NCBI RefSeq assembly: GCF_003704095.1
Contig: NW_020846005.1
Coordinates: 620,001 to 684,000, forward strand
Source: Pocillopora damicornis
Taxonomy: Eukaryota
Reading direction: 5' to 3'
Length of the DNA: 64,000 nucleotides
Shown here: piece by piece, positions 38,101-49,849 of the stretch
Layout: each line of letters opens with the position of its first letter
Numbering within the stretch: the stretch's first letter is position 1
Notes under the pieces: generated by a model
Databases searched by the model: none
What the model saw: the letters and a program-made list of their open reading frames with translations, nothing else
Told to the model about the DNA's origin: nothing
Program-made: the position numbers and the translations under genes

Positions 38101-41100
38101 CCATGCTGAGGCAGCTTTTATTTTTAAAGAAGGACAAGTTAGGCCAGTTTTCGTTTTCTTCGCCGTTGCCCAATTTTCTTGATTGAGAAGAATCCAAGTA
38201 GACACTAATTTTTAGACAACAAACGCCTAAGTAACCTCTCGTTTTGATAACTAGGCTAGGTCACGCAGCCACTCTTCTTAGTAACGGTGCAGTTCTCATT
38301 ACTGGAGGATTTGGTCTGGAAAATGGTAAACACCAGCGGCTTGATGGAATTCAACTACTGCGAACGGTGGAAGGTAACTAAACAACAACCGTCACTTTTA
38401 ATGTTGGGGCAATACTGAACAACAACTTAAACTAAAATAGCAACAGTGAATATATAGCTGCTTGGTTGTATAAGAATATCGATCAGTCTATTTTTAACTC
38501 AAATGATCTTCTTCCAGGTAATTTACACTGTGCAAACATCTTACCGGATTCAGAGCGAACACTCGGTAAGAAAGAGAGACGACGTCATAACCGAAGTAAC
38601 GTTAGTGGGTCCTTAGTAGTTAAAAACACCTTTTATACCAATGCGAAAAACCATGGAGCGCCGAGTAAGAAAGGTTTATTTTCTCTTCCCCACCCCCTAT
38701 CCCCTTGCTAATGTATATTGGCTCTTTCAACCTTACAAAACACGATTAACTTTGAAAAGTGGAAGAACCCTAAAAATCTCCTGGATAACAATATTTAAGT
38801 GCATGCAGCCGACGGCTAATAGCGATGGGTTTCCATGACACTAATTTTATCATCTTTTCATATCAGGTGGCCGAATGTTTCACACTGCTACAAGATTAAA
38901 CGATACTGATATACTTATATACGGTGGGCGGACATCACCATCAAATCCTTGTAAAGAAACAATTCTAATATCTCTGGACAACAAGGATGAAACAAAGCCT
39001 TTACATTGTACAAACGGTGATGTTACCTCTCGTCCAAGTTATAAATATACCATTTACAGTTGTCAAGGAGATATACCAGAACCAAGATGGCGACATACAG
39101 CAACACATGTAACCCTTCCCGATGGTATGCACGAACTCTTCCTCTTTGCCTGTAGAACCCAAAAGCGACAGAAAGTTTAATAAGTATTTGAGCTATTCAA
39201 AGTGTTTCAAGTCAATACATATATTGAACAACTTAATTCCAGGTCATGTGCGGAGAACAGAACACAAAAATAAGAAGGGCCTTCGTGTCGATTGAACTGA
39301 AAGCAGAAACTCTTAGAAGTTTTAAAGGCCCAAAAGTCTTCAGTACAAGGTCCCAGGGGTAGTGGGTTGAGACCTTTGTTATTTTTCCTCTCTCTTTTCT
39401 CCGCTACTAACCACAGGATGTTCACGCTAAAGAATTATTGGGCTGGCTGCGGTCCAGACCAGCTCCTAAGTTATAAATTCAACTTTATTTTACAGGAAGC
39501 GAAAACTTGCTAATATTTGGTGGACGTACTTCTTCATGCCTTGCTCTTGGAGATTGCTATTTACTAAATATAAAATCAAAAACATGGAATAAGGTACACT
39601 AGTTTTTTTTAAGTAACAGAACCCATCATGTGGTCAGAAAAGTCACAGAGAAGCTAAAAAAGTATGCTACACCTTAACGAAGAAAAAGTGTGTCTCTGTT
39701 TGTTTCAATTTTAATGCATTGAAGACTGGTTTTTATTTAGGAGTCCATTTCACTTGAATTCCCAGATTTTCATAAAAGGAGATGCCGCTACCCCACGTCA
39801 TTCTCATAGTGCATGCGTATGGAACAATCATGTGGTGCTGACAGGAGGCCTGGACGCTAATCTCCAAGCCTTGAGCATAGTTCAAACCATGGAAACTGAT
39901 GTAAGGAGCATTTTGTACTCTTATCTTGACTGGTTAAATACACCTATCACGTGGTACAAAACGGGACAAACTGACAGTCATACTGAACAGTTTACTGACC
40001 GCACTGAATGGACTCCGGAGGTTTGAACTGGCAAACAGAAATGAAATAGTTATTAGCTCTTGCACTAGTAAGGTTTTATTGGTCATACCTATGATAAATT
40101 GTAAAGATACATGTTTTTGCTGGCTGTTATTCAAATGTTGAACAAAGTTATTTTCCTTCCAATTCTGTCTCATTCAACAGTCAGAGACGCAACGAGAACC
40201 ACTGGCATGTTGAAAATCACGTAAGGTGAACATCTTATCCATACTTTCTTGCAGGTAAATTCTGTAAAGCTACGGACTCTATCTGTTGATCCTCCCTTAC
40301 CTCCGAGGTAATACGTCGACACTGATACACCTACCTTTTTAAAATGCTGTAACTTACTTTTCTCGCGAGAGATGCCCTACAACGCGTGCGGAACTACGAT
40401 GGACTATGGAAGAATTTCACTATGAAGGCATTGAACCCAGGAAATTAACATTATTTTTGTTGGTTTACTTTTGGTTTGTTTGTTTCAGATACTCTCACAC
40501 AGCTCATGTTGTTGATGAAAATCTTTTTCTCATTGGCGGAGTAATTCCGAATTCTTCCCATCCTGCAGGGGTTGTTGTTTTGAATCTGAAGAATCTGACC
40601 TGGAAATCTTACACACTTCCGGTTGGTTTCACATCATCAGCTCTTTCTATTTTTTTCTGATTTTCCAAGTTTTCTTCCATAGATAGCTGTCCATTCATCT
40701 CTTAATTTGGTATGCAGTACAATTGGAAAAATTGCTTTGTCGTTAAGTTACAAATTTTTGCAAAAAAAAAAGGAAAAACTATCGAGGGTTTCATTTATCC
40801 CTATTTTATGGAATCGTCAGAAATTCTGTACTGTCTTTTTCATTCAATAAATTGTTTCAATTTTTTTAACCATATTTTTTTCAATTTATCAAGTCTAAAA
40901 CCTGATAAGATAGGTTGGGTATATTCAAACAGAATTTGAAACCTACTAAGTCTACCAGTTAGCGTAAAGGAAGCGTAGAATTGTTATTCTGTTCTTAATT
41001 TGTTAATTATTTGTTCCTTTGTTATTTACTTGGATGTCCTCTTATTTTCTTTCAGGCGCGTTCAACACCTTCAATTCCTCTTATGCTTCACAATCATTGC

Positions 41101-41238
41101 AGTGTCTGGTGGGAAGATTCGCAAGGTATTATGGTTCTTGGCGGTGGAGGAAACTGTTTTTCATTTGGAACTCATTTTAACGATGGGCCAGTGTTTATTG
41201 ACTTGCCTCCGCCGGGAGAAGCAGCAGCCTCTAAGTGA
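32152..41238 (+). CDS. LCMT2: tRNA wybutosine-synthesizing protein 4 / leucine carboxyl methyltransferase 2 (LCM domain + Kelch repeats), multi-exon
   Basis: Spliced peptides: VQGTNDRATLSK, RRAPIIHW|SYYIRAKA, IVSVGAGFDTLFF (SAM motif), IDFPEV, LPTLLLSEVVLTYM, EQ|VSPHDPFG and EPFDEFE|EWHLMCSHY. Kelch repeats (GHAA, FHTA, RWRHTA, RHSHSA, YSHTA) and the terminal GGGGNCFSFGTHFN follow. The first intron (32185-32394) is GC-AG. Confidence 0.92.
34440..34665 (+). mobile_element. Penelope-like terminal repeat fragment containing a minimal type I hammerhead-ribozyme-like motif (34522-34566)
   Basis: tgact-CTGATGA-tgacttctgctcaggttgtt-GAAA-gg-TC-agtca. Stem I tgact/agtca flanks the conserved CUGANGA and GAAA core. 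Located in an LCMT2 intron. Confidence 0.7.
35411..36355 (-). CDS. Intronless class A (rhodopsin-like) GPCR, melatonin-receptor-like orphan, nested in an LCMT2 intron
   Basis: Seven hydrophobic segments: GN (TM1), LAASD (TM2), WPFG..C, NRY (TM3), CWTP (TM6) and NPLIY (TM7). First ATG is at 36355 (the ORF-track start is TTG). No Lys at the opsin K296-equivalent position. Confidence 0.92.
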   Translation of the reverse strand: MNISLDRKTILEESLRDRQIGTVIFETTSAFIIAILALMGNITLCLAFYRTYALRRIQNYYIIALAASDLLSTILCLPLGLIVVILGRWPFGDVICQIQGSLTYYFACFSVITMTLIAVNRYIKMMQSVIIYQRFYTKSKVLISIAFCAIFSGIFIVPFVSQRFCFHPGKCACFACKSQDSENQAVLIVPYTVIITMTYPVIAFCYYKVFRKVHLHFSQIAPSNIHVNNEKSYAEEVKITKILFTVLIAFVICWTPAFIIEFLDKFQGQYKLSRQVYLIMPFTGAANCAVNPLIYGLQRRRFREAYINVLKCRN

Positions 41239-41436
41239 GCTTAACAAGTCACATTAGCCATTATCGTGCTGCTTGACCATGAGTAAAAGTATCGTCTACA
41301 TAACACTGAGACAACAATACCAACCAGCTGGCATATGACATTGTAAAAGAAGAACATTCCATTAAAAATTGTTGACAAACGGCGAACTATGTTAGAGTTC
41401 CCGTTAATACTCTGCGTTAGTTCGCACTCATTAGAT

Positions 41437-41790
41437 ATATGGAGTAATCGTTAATTACTGAAGAAGGATTTTTATTCATTTCGCAAAGTTGTAATTTAAG
41501 AAGAGTAACTATTTTGCGAAATCGATTAATAGTCCATTTCGCAAAATAGTATCTCTCCTAAAATTACTATCTAGCGAAATGTATTTTAATACGGTAAGAA
41601 ATAAGAGGAGGCCAAAATCTTTGGTTATATACTAATTTGTAATGTTTAAATGTATTTTTGTGACATCAAAGAGGTTACGTTGTCACCGCAAGGGTGAAAT
41701 AGTCGATTTTGCAAAATAGTAGCTCTTCTGAAATTACTACTTTGCGAAATAAATAAAAATCCTTCTTATCAATTGACGATTACTCCAAAT
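41437..41790. mobile_element. Palindromic MITE-like element with ~85-bp imperfect inverted arms
   Basis: The left arm ggagtaatcgttaattactgaagaaggatttttattcatttcgcaaag... is the reverse complement of the right arm ...ctttgcgaaataaataaaaatccttcttatcaattgacgattactcc. No ORF. Confidence 0.75.
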
Positions 41791-41900
41791 TTCTGGTTAA
41801 AGTTATCTTTACCTTATTAGAAAATATACCTGCATTATCCCATTTCGTTTCGTTATATCTCGCCTGGTTTCGTTTCGTTTCGCAAAATAGAATAAGCTCG

Positions 41901-42262
41901 ATGGAGCGCTTGGGCATTCGGCCAGAAAAGGGTGACAAAGAAAAAACATTCCAGCTGGCGCAACCACCTGGAGCTAAAGAAATTTTAATCTTCGCTTCTG
42001 CCGCAACTACCGGAGGGGGAAACTTTCACAGAGACTTCTTCGAGTTCTCCACGTCTCAGGAAGATAAGAAGTTTGCACAATACCAGTCTGTAGCGACTGA
42101 CAAGTAATAACTACTGCCAACTCAGCCAATACGTGGTTGCCAGTTGGAGAGGGAACCTTGACTGTTAAGCTTTTTCACAAAGAAGTCGTGAAGAGCGTGA
42201 CAGGCAAAGTAAGTCCACAACAAGTTTGGAGCGAGGCGTTTGTTATCGGTTACAGATCTTAA
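41901..42262 (+). pseudogene. Frameshifted, 5'-truncated paralog of the 43929-44312 gene
   Basis: EKTFQL...FHRDFFEFSTSQEDKKFAQY aligns to the neighbour. An apparent 1-nt deletion near 42099 is followed by NSANTWLPVGEGTLTVKL...WSEAFVIGYRS* in another frame. A (TTTCG)n-type repeat abuts the 5' end. Confidence 0.85.
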
Positions 42263-42593
42263 ATGAATCGCAAGTTAAACACGTGACTCGGTACTTGATT
42301 AGAATTTATGTGACAAAGAATTATCGCGGAGTGGCTTGATACAAATAAAGCATGACAAAAAATGAAAGGAAGTGATGCTGCAGTCAAGACCGTAAAACGA
42401 CCTCGATTGACAGTATATCTTTTCGTTAAGTAGAAAACGGATAGTTCATTAAACCGCGGACACGCTGAGTGTACAAAGATTCTGTTGTTTTTTTGGAGGT
42501 GTCAACGGGAGGCGTTTTTTGAGCGAAGGAGGCAAGTTTCTAAGGAAACTGCGGTGTTTCGTCAGTGTAGGGGTAGGGGGGGGGCAATGGAAA

Positions 42594-42690
42594 ATAATTT
42601 GATTATATCAACTGAGTCGATGATGTAAATTGTTCACCGTAAAGAGATTCAAAATCTGACGTTTCGAGCGTCAGCCCTTCGTTAAGCGCG
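42594..42690 (-). repeat. Dispersed repeat with degenerate hammerhead-like motif
   Basis: tatcaactgagtcgatgatgtaaattgttcaccgtaaagagattc...ctgacgtttcgagcgtcagcccttcg. Same family as 46511, 50440 and 60900. Confidence 0.7.
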
Positions 42691-43928
42691 GCGAGCGCGG
42701 AACGAGAGCTTCTTTCTTTTCTTTCCACCCCTCTGTTTCGCCCACGCTCGCACCCTCACCCTCTGCATGATGATTAAGAGATTGAAGGGATGTGTAAATG
42801 TTCTAAGGTATCTGTATTTGCTGATATATTTGACATCCTTGTATTTTTGGTGGTGACGGCCGCCCATATATCTGGAGCCGGGTTGATCCCATTCAGGTAA
42901 TAAGCTATACGCTTCATTGGCGCACAGCCAACTTTATCACGAATATTTGGGGGTGTGAATACTAACGACATCAGGTTTCTTTTCTGTAATTGTTTTAACT
43001 GTAGTTTACCTACAAAGATCGTTTCTTTACTTGATAGGATCCTAGTTCAAAACTTAGCAGCCAAGACTTAAGATGAACAACTCCTTATTATTGGGTAATA
43101 TCATTTAAAAATAGTATGGATGTTATGAAAATGTTGCGCACTCTTTGTAATAATCTCTTATGTGTTGTTTTTTACGACATGACAAAGGCTAAATCGCAAT
43201 TTTTAATTTCATAAAAGAGAGAGAGCACTGAAAGTCACTAAGTCAGACTCTAACTGAGTACCCGCATGTTTCTCCATTGACACATAGCCCCACCATACAC
43301 AGAGTGTCATTGCTCACGACGATAACACTAAGCTTCCCTGTTCACTATCTCTTGTTAAGACCCTTAGCGATGGGAGTAATTGCGAGATTAAAAAAGACTT
43401 CCAAAGGAAAACCACGAGACAAAATAAACGCATTATAAAAACATTTCGAGACTCAAGCTCATCGCTGAAGTATCATTCGCCGCGCCCCAAAATGTTTTAA
43501 ATAAACAAAGGTAAAAGGTCTGATGACATTTTTGCTGATTTATCACGTCCAAAATTTTGAAACTCGTCGAGTTGCGTAATATGAAAGCCACCCAACTCTC
43601 ACGGAGTAGGCGGTAGTCTCATGTAGCTACAAACAATATTAGTTTGTTTGTCTCCGTTATGAGTACGATAATTCCCAAACGTCCGGTAATTAAACACCTC
43701 GTGGAAAAAGATCATGAATTGTTTTTTTTTAAAGCTGCCTTAAAAGCGATTGAGAAATAGTCCATGCAACCTCTAAGTAATTTCATTGGATGCAATTGTG
43801 ACAGCTGGGAACAGTTCATTGAAATAAAATACCATCGTATCGAGTTGCATGTCGCAGTTCAACTCTGTGCAGACGAGCTAGAGGTCAGGTGGAAATTTTG
43901 CAAGTTTCACTTCATCACCAAACCAACC

Positions 43929-44312
43929 ATGAGTGCTGCTCTCTATGAACCAATCCAAAAGAGCTTCGGCACTCTGCCCGAACGTAATGGGGAAGAAAAA
44001 ACTTACAAGCTGGAGCTGCCAGTCAAAGCAAATGAGGTTTTGATCTACTCATACGTTACAGCTCACGGAGAAGGAAAGTTTCACCGAGGCTACTTTGAGT
44101 TCTCAACTTCTCAAGGAGAAAAGAAGTTTACACAGTTCCTGAATATGGCGACTGGGCAAGGCATAAATACTGTCAACTCAGCCAATATGTGGTTTCCATT
44201 TGGTGACGGGACCTTGACCATCAAGCTTGTGCACGAAGAAGGCGACAAGAGCGTGGCAGCTGTCACAGATAAAGACTGGAGTGAGGTGTTCGTCATCGGC
44301 TACAGATCTTAA
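43929..44312 (+). CDS. Uncharacterised intronless 127-aa predicted beta-rich protein
   Basis: ATG in ACCATGA context, intact ORF, AATAAA near 44496. A recognisable tandem paralog at 41901-42262 is conserved at amino-acid level. No signal peptide seen. Confidence 0.85.
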   Translation: MSAALYEPIQKSFGTLPERNGEEKTYKLELPVKANEVLIYSYVTAHGEGKFHRGYFEFSTSQGEKKFTQFLNMATGQGINTVNSANMWFPFGDGTLTIKLVHEEGDKSVAAVTDKDWSEVFVIGYRS

Positions 44313-45314
44313 AGGTGATGCAAGGAAAACTCTTGACCATCTTGAAAAGAATTTAGTCAAAAAGTTACCTTGAAATTTGCGAATTGACTAAGAAATTTAA
44401 AAGGATAAAGGTTTAGATAACTCTGTAATTTAGTTCGTACAACTGGACCTCGAGTTACATGTTGTGAATGTATCTTGATAACAACTGGAATGTTCAATAA
44501 ACCCCGGATATGCAAAATTTTAAAATTTCTCGTCTCCTTATGTTGTTCAAACGCGAGGTGTCAAAATGTGGTTTGGTGTTTCTAGTTTGATCTTCTTCAG
44601 TCTTTCAAAAGCTTGAATTTCAAGTAATTATCTAGTCCAAAAGCCAAATCAGCGGAGCCTCTTTCGACACACTGCCGGATTACATCGGCATTTTTTTTCC
44701 TTTTTCTTTTACAAACTGTCTGTAGGAGTCTGGACGGGGGAGAGGCATTCGTCTTCAATTCAGCCCAAAATTCAAAAAGCTTGCTAACCCGTCCCCTTTC
44801 CCTCCCGCCTGGTTGGCTGCCTACGTGTCACCCTCCATGTTACCCTTTCGTTACCCTTTAGTTGCAATTCGGCGTATTTCAAAGTAAATTCTCATAAAAC
44901 TTTTACCTCTTCATTCAAGTTCAGCATAACAAATTTGTTTTCTCATGTTCTTTAAGTTGTAAACTAAGGCCATATGACAACATTACGGTGTAACAATATA
45001 AAATTATCAACAAAATCGAACAAGCTAAGTGGTAAGTGCTAGAGGTTACTCTGGGTTTCACAGAATAAAGTGATTAAGATGCTAATATGTCGCGGGGATG
45101 ATTCCCAGTCTTCCTGTCTATTTGCAAGCACCTACCGATACGTTTTCTCATAAATTACTGACGAGGAATGTTACGAAATAAGAATCACCCTGGCCCGCTC
45201 GAGCCCAAACCTCTCAAAACTAGCCGCCAGGGCCAATGATGGTCATAGCAAAATAATTTCTATGATGGCGAACTAAGTTAATGGGGATAAAATGCACGAA
45301 AAGTGTTTGTTACG

Positions 45315-45512
45315 CCTTTTAAACCCAAATCTCAATTTATTGTCTACCACACATTTCTCGTAATTTTGGTTCTGAGAATTTGGCGCTGGATCAGAAAATA
45401 ATCTCCTTGTGTTGACATTTTCCTGTTTTCTCATCACTTGCGTGGTTGAGATAGTTTTGAAATTGGAGGGGGGAATTATATCTTGATCACTCTTAGGAGT
45501 GAAAGGGTCATT
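45315..45512. repeat. Degenerate MITE-like dispersed repeat
   Basis: Ends in gatcactcttaggagtgaaagggt with an internal tgagaatttgg...gatca motif, resembling a common coral non-autonomous element (recall only). Confidence 0.4.
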
Positions 45513-46201
45513 AAAGGTCAGGCTAAGGAGCCCCGATTAGTCGATGGAGGGGGGGGGGGGGTGAAAAGTTTTGAAAATATCCGGGGGATGGTACCAAGGG
45601 GTTATAAATACCATGCCACCTCTCCTCTTCATCAGAATTGGAGCTTTATAAAAATCACAACTACATTGCATTACGGGCGGCTCTTTTCGATGATAAATTT
45701 TTTTTCAGTGATCGATTTAATTGATTCGAATTTCTTTTGAGAAAAAAATTTGGCAGTCTTCTGTAATAAAAGCAGAACATGAACCAGAAGGGAAACTTAT
45801 TCCAGCAGAATGTTTCACTTTTATCAGTCATTTGATGAGTCACAGAGTGTGCTACTTGTTAAAGTCATTTCACTTAACTCCATGAAAAAAAACTTCGTAG
45901 GGAATACATTTCATCCAGAGAGCACTGAAACAGCAACCGAAAAGCTTTGACACCTTCCCCCCCCCCTTCCCCCCCAACCAAGCCAAGATCAAATAAAAAG
46001 AGGAGATAAGGCACGATGGCAAAGATCATGTATTTATGCGGTGTTTCACACTTTTTTAGGATGGAGGACAAACCAAAAAAATACCCAAATTTATACCTCG
46101 CAAGATTTTCACTGTTATGCGGTGCTCTACCAATTTTAAGAATCAGTGCGTCAATACACATAAATTCGCTTTAGATGTAACTGCCTACAAAACTCAGTGA
46201 T

Positions 46202-48215
46202 TTAAAAAAAAGGTGGCTGTTGGTTATCTTGATAATGACAAGAATATGGTGCCTGGAAGCAACCAGATAACTGACAGGAATCCTGTGGTCTAGCTTCGCC
46301 CGGCATATTAAGTGGACCCTCAGGTAAGATGGAGGAACATAACACCGGAACTCCAGGGTTTAGGCTCTGTCGTCGCCAGCGGTATCGCCGTTTCTTGAAC
46401 CAGTTCTGAAAAAATGAATACATTTTCCATGAATATTTTTTTAATTTTTCTCAATCCTGAAGCTGTTGAATTGTAGAGAAAACAAGAAGGACAAACAACG
46501 AAAAAAAGGAAAAGCTGACGTTTCGGGCGTTAGTCCTTCGTCCGAGCGAGTGACGAGGGACTAACGCTCCAAACGTGAGCTTTAGAAACTCTTTACAGTG
46601 GCCAATTTAAATTATCAACTCAGTTGAAAAACCAAATTATCTTATCAGGACTAAATGATACTTGATCAATGAACATGTAGCTCTTTGAAGCGACGAAATT
46701 AATTCTTCATTCTTAAACGCGAAACGAATTATGGCTGGACTGATGAAACTGAGCTTTCTGACTTCAAGTATTAAATATTTTTCGACGCTTGGACTCTTCT
46801 TTGAAAGAGAAAATATCATTTCAGGAACTGATATATCCGAAAAGTATTGTTCAATAGATTTTTTTAATCATGTGATTTTGAGAGTTCTCGCCACAAATCT
46901 ACGAATTTTTAAGGCCTAGTAACTAAAAACGGTTCAAACAAGTTGAATCTATTACGCGTCTCGCCCATACAAGAAATTCGAGCATTTTTCGCTTCCAAAT
47001 AGTAAATTTAGCATTTATTTGAATGTAACTTCGGTCTCGAAATATTTCTAGTCGGTTTTGCCTTGCTTTTTATCTATAGTTTTCGGGCGGTACGTGATTT
47101 CCTAGAAAACCAGACACAACAAGGTAATAAAACTCTTTTTCCGAACACAAAGTGTTTCCTCTATGTTATAAAATAATTGGTTCATGCTTTTAGCTTTGGG
47201 GTTTGTCGAGGTACGGATGCACTTGAGAAGGTACTTTCACTCCATTCTGCTTTTTCTTTGTCACTCTTGTCAAATTTCAATTGCTCAAAGTGCAGCTTAC
47301 CAACAATGTTTGATGCTTGAGTCCCAGTCTATGAGCCAAGTGAGCCCTCACTGCTCGTGAAGGGTACGGAGTCTGCAGAAATGCGCACTCCAGCTCAAGT
47401 TTTTGATACAAGGAAATCTTTGTTCGCGTTTTCTTTATTAAGCCGGAATTTGAACCAGCCTCAACATCTTTCCGGTCCTTTGCAGAGTCCCCTTTTCGTT
47501 CTAAAAAAAGGGAAAAAACCAGTCTATCTGAATAAGGATCATAATCGGGAGACAACAAAAAACCCGACAATACCATGCAAAACTTCAAAAACATTCGTGC
47601 ATGCCCATATATGGGTAATCTATTTCCCATCCTATCCGCGCCATTCTTTCGGTGTCTGAGGGAAGCCGATTTCTTCAACTCTAATGTCACGATCAATAGA
47701 CTTTAAAGGTGAAAACGGAATTATATCTCCCACATATGTAGTTCAAATTAAAGGTGGCTAACTTGGGTGCAATGAAGAGATTTTCATACAAAACTAAGAT
47801 AGATGGTAAATTACTTTTAAGTGTTTAATTCTCTTTGAAAAAGTTGAACTAAACTTCAATTGACACTTATGAAAAGACAGACGATGATCTTTTCCTCGAT
47901 AGTTATTCGGGTTAGCGACCAAACGATGTAAAGATGAAGTTAAATTCTTCACCATTTCGATGATGTGCTCCTGTTTCTATTTTTTTTTATGAAGATGAAA
48001 CTTTTCCCTCGAATGGACTTAAGATCAGCTTTTTATGAGATGTGGGTGAAATAATGGCAGTCAAAGCCAAGGATGATGCGAAAATTATTTCTACCTTTAA
48101 GTTCGATGTTTCTTTCGTCCTCTATGTTGACGGTGTCCAGGAAGTCCACCCCCGATTCTAACTCAGCCATAGGTTCCATTAAAAACGGATGAAGTGATGA
48201 TTTTTCTCCACTCAT
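46202..48215 (-). CDS. Divergent homeobox gene (K50, PRD-class intron position, N51K), 3 exons
   Basis: Exons 48215-48095, 47500-47301 and 46405-46202 with matching phases. Homeodomain KKTRTKISLYQKLELECAFLQTPYPSRAVRAHLAHRLGLKHQTLL|NWFKKRRYRWRRQ retains R5, Q12, L16, F20, Y25-P26, L34, W48, F49 and R53. Intron lies between codons 46 and 47. The start codon could be a downstream Met. Confidence 0.85.
46511..46641. repeat. Inverted pair of hammerhead-like motifs within a dispersed repeat
   Basis: agctgacgtttcgggcgttagtccttcgtc is followed by its near reverse complement gacgagggactaacgctccaaacgtgagct, then the family tail ctttacagtggccaattt...atcaactcagttga. Located in the homeobox intron. Confidence 0.75.
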
Positions 48216-49849
48216 ATTTAAACGACCACCGCAAAAATGGCAAACAACAAATAAATATTGACGTAAGTTGAATCATGTTTATAGAAAAACTGGCTAGAAC
48301 CAGTCTCTGCTCAGTAAAACCCGACAATGTACAGGCATTATTTCAGCAGCTTGGGGAAGAATCTAAACCAACGGGGAAGGCAAAAAAAGGGTCACCTTTT
48401 CATCCCGGCCGTGCGAGATAGCTCACGAGATGGCAAAGCTTGTTCTTAATTGAGAGTCCTTCATGGTAGGTAGCATCAATGTATATTTCCTTTAATTCCG
48501 CATTTTTAACTGCGAAGCTGCGATCTTTTCACAGTTGATTTTAGTTTAAAAAATAGGGACACTCCAAAATTTTTTTATCAATCAGTTCAATTTCAGAAAA
48601 ATAATGTCATTGGTGGTCGTGTTTACACATGTAACTTGCATACGTTTTTTAGGACCAGTTGAAAAAGAGTTTATCTTCAAACTAATCTACGTGAGGAGCA
48701 AACATTTTCACTTATCAATCCTTCAGGACTTCCAGAAGAAAAAAGTCCTATGCAAGAAGTACAAAAAAATGTAAGAAGAACTTACATCCCATTTCCGCAT
48801 TGATTAATACTGACCATGAATAATAAAACATACTCAGCGTCATCTTCCCTGTTGAACAATACACTGTGGTTGGATGAGTGAGTTATCTTATCCAGTTTGT
48901 TCAGTCGAGGAGTTGAAGGAATCCAGATGCTGTCTCAGTTGAGCCCAAAATGTTCGCAGAAGCTGTTTGGAGGACATCATACGTGCTACGGCGTTCAGTC
49001 GGATCACTTTAACCGCTCTATCTGCTGGAAAAAAGTTTTAGATTCCTCGAAAAGGAACATCAACAATTACCGATTATGATCTCAGGACTTCTTGAAAAGG
49101 CTTCTTTCCCTCAAAAAAGGAGAAACTATGAAAGAAAGAAGTAAAGAAATGGTGAACATGTTGCGAAAATCTCAGTTCCCACTCCAAAGTTCCGCAGCTG
49201 ACGTAGTTCATGGTAAAGTGGAAGCTTTCAAGCGAGGTTTAAGAGAAAACGCAGGCTCGGTTATAAAGTTGATTTGGGTGAAAGAAGAAGTGTGAGTTTA
49301 ATCCGGCTGTTAATGTAGTGAGTTGCTTGTTGAAAGACCGAATTATCCATGAGACGGGCAGAGGAAATCCTGACTGATAAAAACGGCCTCAGAAAGGTGA
49401 AGTCTACAGATGACATTGTAAAGATGTAAGAAGCAAGCTACCATTCTTCAAAAATTCTTAGGCTTTCGAATGGATTTTTTATTCCGAGGGAGGATCTCGA
49501 GAAACAGCTAAAAAATGAACTTTCAGGGAAGGCTGGGATAAAATGCGAAATAAGTTGTGGGACGAAATATCAATTTTGTGATGTTAGCTTTTACAAAGAT
49601 GGTGTTATTGTTGTAAACCTCCCTCACAACCGTCTTTTGGCCGCTTACACCTAACAGCAAGTTTGTGGCTATTTTTTTATTAATCCATGCATCACGCTCT
49701 CTACTCCCATTTCTCTTTAGTGAATTATCTAGTGTTTCTATCACACCCGATAGTCGCAATCCACACTTTCCACACCAGGGATAGCTTATTTTCCGGATAG
49801 TACTTTATTTTTCACAAATCATCCTGTAGAGTTGTGTTCGGACAGTTAG

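Noticed and set aside
43764-43928. N-terminal 55-aa extension of the 182-aa ORF call
   Set aside because: Not shared with the paralog. The ATG at 43929 has a better context, and the extension looks like promoter or 5' UTR that is open by chance.
45157-45185. CTGACGA...GAAA hammerhead-like string
   Set aside because: No convincing stem II or stem I pairing and no NUH triplet in position.
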